Program-made: the position numbers and the translations under genes
Part shown: in pieces, positions 60,087 through 63,136 of the stretch
Layout: each line of letters begins with the position of its first letter
How positions within the stretch are numbered: the first letter of the stretch is position 1
The notes under the pieces: generated by a model
Databases searched by the model: none
Seen by the model: the letters and a program-made list of their open reading frames with translations, nothing else
What the model was told of the DNA's origin: nothing
Source: Thermoleophilia bacterium
GTDB lineage: Bacteria > Actinomycetota > Thermoleophilia > Gaiellales > Gaiellaceae
DNA length: 63,136 nt
Direction: 5' to 3'
Assembly (NCBI GenBank): GCA_025929425.1
Contig: JAICME010000001.1
Span: 1-63,136 of the forward strand

Positions 60087-62264
60087 TCAGCGCTGCGCCG
60101 GAACGCGCTTGACCGTCAGCGCCGCCGTGCCCGCTGAGGCCCGGTCGGCGTTGCCGTAGGCCTGCGCGACGAAGACAGCCGTCTTCGTCACCGTCCAGCG
60201 CGTGCTGAACGTGCCGTTCGATGCGACGGTCACGTGCCGAAGCTGCCACCGGTCCCCCATGTAGCGGGAGATCATCACGTCGTCGCCCCCGTGCGACGGC
60301 TTGAGCGTGCCGTGGATGGTGACCGTCGTGGGCTTCGCCACCGACCGTGGCTTGGCCGCGATTGCCAGCTTCGCCGAGGCTCCGGCGTCCCCGCCGCTCT
60401 TCGTCGCGTAGAGGACGCTGTCACCGACGAGCACGTAGCTCGTCACACCGGCGGAGTCGAGTGCCGTCGCCGGTCCGCCGCTCAGGTACTGCGGGTGCCA
60501 GTCCCTGCCCCCGTCGTTGGTGCGCAGCAAGTACGCGCCGGCCTGACTCGGGCCCATCGGAGTGACCAGGGCGAACCCGTGCTTCGCATCGCCGAACTCG
60601 ATGCCGTTGACGCGCCAGGAGCCGAGGCATTCGATCTCGCTCCACGTCTTCCCGGCGTTCGCCGTCTGCCAGAGCCCGCCGCGTCCGTCGAGGACATAAC
60701 CCGCACGCACCGTGCCGAACGAGGCATCCCGGATTCCGTGCTTGTTCGGGGCCTTGACCGCCTTCCACGTCGCACCGCCGTCCTTCGAGACGAACAGGCT
60801 CTTCGGCCCGTACGCCAGGACCGCGCCACCGACACGCTCCGCACCGGTGAGAAGAGGCTTCTGCAGGATCTGGGCGGCGACGGCCCGGAACGTCTCCCCG
60901 CCGTCCACCGAGCGCCGGACACCGATCGGACCTACGAGGACGACGTGGTCGGGGTCGAGCGCCACAACCGCGCGAGGTACCACGGCTCTGCCGGTGTCGA
61001 GGATCCGGTAGCTGGCGCCCCCGTTGTCGGACCGTTGCAGCGATCCGTCAGAGGCGAGCACGAACACCGTGTCCGCCGCGGGCGCGGCAAGGCCGACGAT
61101 TCTCGCGGACGTCGGCGGGCTGACGTTGGCCCAGCGCTGGCCGCCGTCCACCGTGCGGGCGAGCACGCCCTGGTCACCGCCGGCGTACGCCACCAGGCTC
61201 GACGCTCCGTGCAGAACACGGAACCGGCCCTGGATGCGGGATCCGACCGCCTTCCAGCTCGCTCCGGCGTCGTTCGAGACCTGAGCGCTCCCGTAGGCGC
61301 CGACGGTGATTGCGCGCACCGCCGTGGCGAAGAAGACCGCATGGGTCACGTCGCTCGACGGAACGACGGACGTGAAGGTCGAACCCCCGTCGATCGTGCG
61401 CAGCACCTGATTTCCGGTCGCCGTTGCGATCAGAGCGACCTTCGGCCCTGCCGTGGTGATCGACGTCAGGTCAGCGGCCGGGACACCGGTCACCGGCACC
61501 GCGGCCCAGGTCGCTCCGCTGTCGGTGCTCTTCAGCACCGTCAATGCGTTGCCGACGGCGTACATCGTCGTCGCGTCCGCCGTCGCGATCCCGTTCAGGG
61601 GGACCGACACCGCTGCAACCTGCGTCCAGGACACAGCCCCATCGGTCGTCCGCTGGATCGTGCCGCCGGCGGTGACCGCGAACGCCGTCGTGTTCGAGAC
61701 GGCGATCAGGTGATCCGGCGTGTCACCGGGAATCGCGGTCTTGCGCGTGAAAGTCTTCCCGCCGTCCGCGGTCGTCAGGACCGAGCCGTTCGAGAGGACG
61801 AGGTACCCCACCTGCGCGGACGGGAACGCGGCGGAGATGAGGCCGGCTCCGCCGTGTGCGAACGGCAGGCGGACGAACGTCGCGCCGAGGTTGTCGGAGC
61901 GCTCGAGCAGCGAGCCCGTGCCGACGACGACCGAGGCCGGATCGTTACCCACGACCTGCAGGATCGTGATCGGATCGCGAATCCCGGTCGCGATGCCCGA
62001 CCAGGTCGAGCCGCCGTCGAGGCTCTTCAGCAGAGTCCCGGATCCGCCGCCGGCATAGGTCGCGCCGCCGACGCTGACGAGGCTCGTCAGGTTCGGCGGA
62101 CCGAGCGGCGGGTTACCCGAGAACCAGCCCGAGCCGGGCGCCTTCACGCTCGATTGGGCACCCGACAGAGAAATGAGCGCCGCTGCGACCGCGAGTAGGA
62201 ACACCGACAGCGCACGACGCCGGCCCCCACGCGTAAGCAATGAGGCCAACACCATTTGACTCAC
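60087..62264 (-). CDS. Secreted multi-blade beta-propeller protein with BNR/Asp-box repeats (Ycf48/sortilin-VPS10-like)
   Basis: It has a signal peptide and about 12 S/T-x-D-x-G-x-T/S-W/F boxes. Examples: SLDGGSTW, TADGGKTF, TTDGAVSW, STDSGATW, TIDGGSTF, SNDAGASW, TVDGGQRW, SVDGGETF, SKDGGATW, TANAGKTW, TNDGGRDW. Confidence 0.8.
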   Translation of the reverse strand: MSQMVLASLLTRGGRRRALSVFLLAVAAALISLSGAQSSVKAPGSGWFSGNPPLGPPNLTSLVSVGGATYAGGGSGTLLKSLDGGSTWSGIATGIRDPITILQVVGNDPASVVVGTGSLLERSDNLGATFVRLPFAHGGAGLISAAFPSAQVGYLVLSNGSVLTTADGGKTFTRKTAIPGDTPDHLIAVSNTTAFAVTAGGTIQRTTDGAVSWTQVAAVSVPLNGIATADATTMYAVGNALTVLKSTDSGATWAAVPVTGVPAADLTSITTAGPKVALIATATGNQVLRTIDGGSTFTSVVPSSDVTHAVFFATAVRAITVGAYGSAQVSNDAGASWKAVGSRIQGRFRVLHGASSLVAYAGGDQGVLARTVDGGQRWANVSPPTSARIVGLAAPAADTVFVLASDGSLQRSDNGGASYRILDTGRAVVPRAVVALDPDHVVLVGPIGVRRSVDGGETFRAVAAQILQKPLLTGAERVGGAVLAYGPKSLFVSKDGGATWKAVKAPNKHGIRDASFGTVRAGYVLDGRGGLWQTANAGKTWSEIECLGSWRVNGIEFGDAKHGFALVTPMGPSQAGAYLLRTNDGGRDWHPQYLSGGPATALDSAGVTSYVLVGDSVLYATKSGGDAGASAKLAIAAKPRSVAKPTTVTIHGTLKPSHGGDDVMISRYMGDRWQLRHVTVASNGTFSTRWTVTKTAVFVAQAYGNADRASAGTAALTVKRVPAQR

Positions 62265-62357
62265 CTTCTTTCGTGGCCGCTGCCAGTAGCCGCGGACAGC
62301 GGCACCACGACTGCCCGTCCAACCGGGCGCTATCGCATCAGTAGCGCCGCTGATTTC

Positions 62358-63053
62358 TCAGTGCGTACTTTCGGCGGCCGGGGCCGAGCGCTCGAGGCGC
62401 CGGCGGATCCCTTCGACGGCGGCCTGCCAGACGCGGTTCTCGTCCTCTCCGGAACGCTGGTAGAGGCCGCCGAACGAGCCGTCGCCGAGAGCCGCCCGCC
62501 ACGTCTCCGGATTGCCCTCCTCCGGCCAGACGACCGGCGGCTTCCGCCCCGTGGGCATCTCGACCCCGGGCAATCGCGTCCAGGGGATGCTCTCCGACCA
62601 CGAGGCGTGGTCGTAGTCGGGATCGATCTCGGCGGCGATCGCGTCGGGCCGCCCGTCCCAGAGCTCGTGCCACGCGACCGCCGGTGCCCGAGACCGAGCC
62701 ATCTCCCGGCCGGCCCCGGTGTTCCCGCTGTGACCGTTCACGCAGAGGATCCGCGCGAAGCCCTGGCCGAGCAGCGAGTCGGCAATGTCTGCAAGCGCCG
62801 CGAGCAGGGTGCTTTCCCGCAGGGTGGGGCTACCCGGATACGCCGTGAATCCCGTCACGCCGTACGCGAGGGCCGGCAGAACCGGCACGCCGAGCGGCTC
62901 GGCGGCCTCGACCGAGGCGCGCTCGGCGAGGATGTTGTCCGTCTCGAGCGAGAGGTAGGCGTGCTGCTCGGTGGAGCCGACGGGAAGCACGATCCGGTCG
63001 TCCTGTTCGAGGTGCTCCTCGAGCTGCATCCAGTTCAGGTCACGGATCCTCAC
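62358..63053 (-). CDS. Creatininase (creatinine amidohydrolase) family protein
   Basis: GTG 63053. IVLPVGSTEQHAYLSLETD...LCVNGHSGN. Confidence 0.75.
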   Translation of the reverse strand: MRIRDLNWMQLEEHLEQDDRIVLPVGSTEQHAYLSLETDNILAERASVEAAEPLGVPVLPALAYGVTGFTAYPGSPTLRESTLLAALADIADSLLGQGFARILCVNGHSGNTGAGREMARSRAPAVAWHELWDGRPDAIAAEIDPDYDHASWSESIPWTRLPGVEMPTGRKPPVVWPEEGNPETWRAALGDGSFGGLYQRSGEDENRVWQAAVEGIRRRLERSAPAAESTH

Positions 63054-63136
63054 GCCGCGGCCCGCAGGCGTAGCTGCCGCTGCAGCTCGTGCGCAGCAGG
63101 CCCGAGCCCGAATGCCTTGCCGTCGACCGACGCGAC
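63050..63136 (-). CDS. 3' end of an unidentified upstream gene (28 codons, runs off the window)
   Basis: The frame is open to the window edge and its TGA overlaps the creatininase GTG (GTGA). No function can be assigned. Confidence 0.3.
   Translation of the reverse strand, partial: VASVDGKAFGLGPAAHELQRQLRLRAAA

Noticed and set aside
1-63136. A window-wide look for CRISPR arrays, rRNA genes, IS elements/transposases, prophage structural genes and known riboswitch cores.
   Set aside because: I saw no regularly spaced direct repeats, no rRNA-like conserved stretches, no DDE/HUH/serine- or tyrosine-recombinase ORFs and no phage morphogenesis genes. This was an eye scan only, so short or degenerate elements could have been missed.

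Overview
High-GC, densely coding chromosomal segment that looks Actinomycetota-like. My hand counts give about 72% G+C in backbone lines. Many genes are joined by 4-nt GTGA/ATGA start-stop overlaps. All family assignments below come from motif reading only; no search or tool was run.

Layout:
(1) 1-5.2 kb: translationally coupled type IV pilus operon (pilT 3' end, pilM, pilN, pilO, PilP-like, prepilin-type minor pilin, pilC).
(2) 5.1-7.3 kb: geranylgeranyl-reductase-like flavoprotein, tRNA-Tyr(GUA), a membrane protein, tRNA-Thr(GGU).
(3) 7.2-18.4 kb: the last 42 nt of tRNA-Thr recur at 18362-18403. The two copies bound an approximately 11.1 kb, visibly AT-richer island with no integrase.
(4) 18.4-40 kb: housekeeping and regulatory genes, including a 1112-aa dual-core hybrid histidine kinase, sigma factor, Hsp20, J-domain protein, GT2 synthase, adenylate cyclase-STAND-TPR protein, ArsR regulators and small enzymes.
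(5) 40-60 kb: a large amine / quaternary-amine / acyl-CoA catabolic supercluster (Rieske oxygenase, two flavin amine oxidases, PotABCD-like importer, long-form carnitine-dehydrogenase-like enzyme plus BKACE, ADP-forming acyl-CoA ligase, two ACADs, TMADH/DgcA-like flavoprotein, IclR, crotonase, thioesterase).
(6) 60-63 kb: a secreted Asp-box beta-propeller protein and a creatininase-family gene.

The island cargo looks like a conflict/defence island. It carries a sigma-region-2-only ORF divergent from a conserved unknown, an orphan PD-(D/E)xK nuclease-like ORF, membrane proteins, an approximately 700-aa GHKL ATPase, DUF2188, and mazEF. Only 8 nt after mazF comes a three-gene ubiquitin-like conjugation operon: a single beta-grasp 'multiubiquitin'-type Ubl, a cysteine-less E2-like protein, and a JAB::E1 fusion.

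The most interesting candidate is the mazEF-Ubl-E2like-JAB/E1 unit and the island that carries it. No CRISPR array, rRNA or recognisable IS/transposase was seen.
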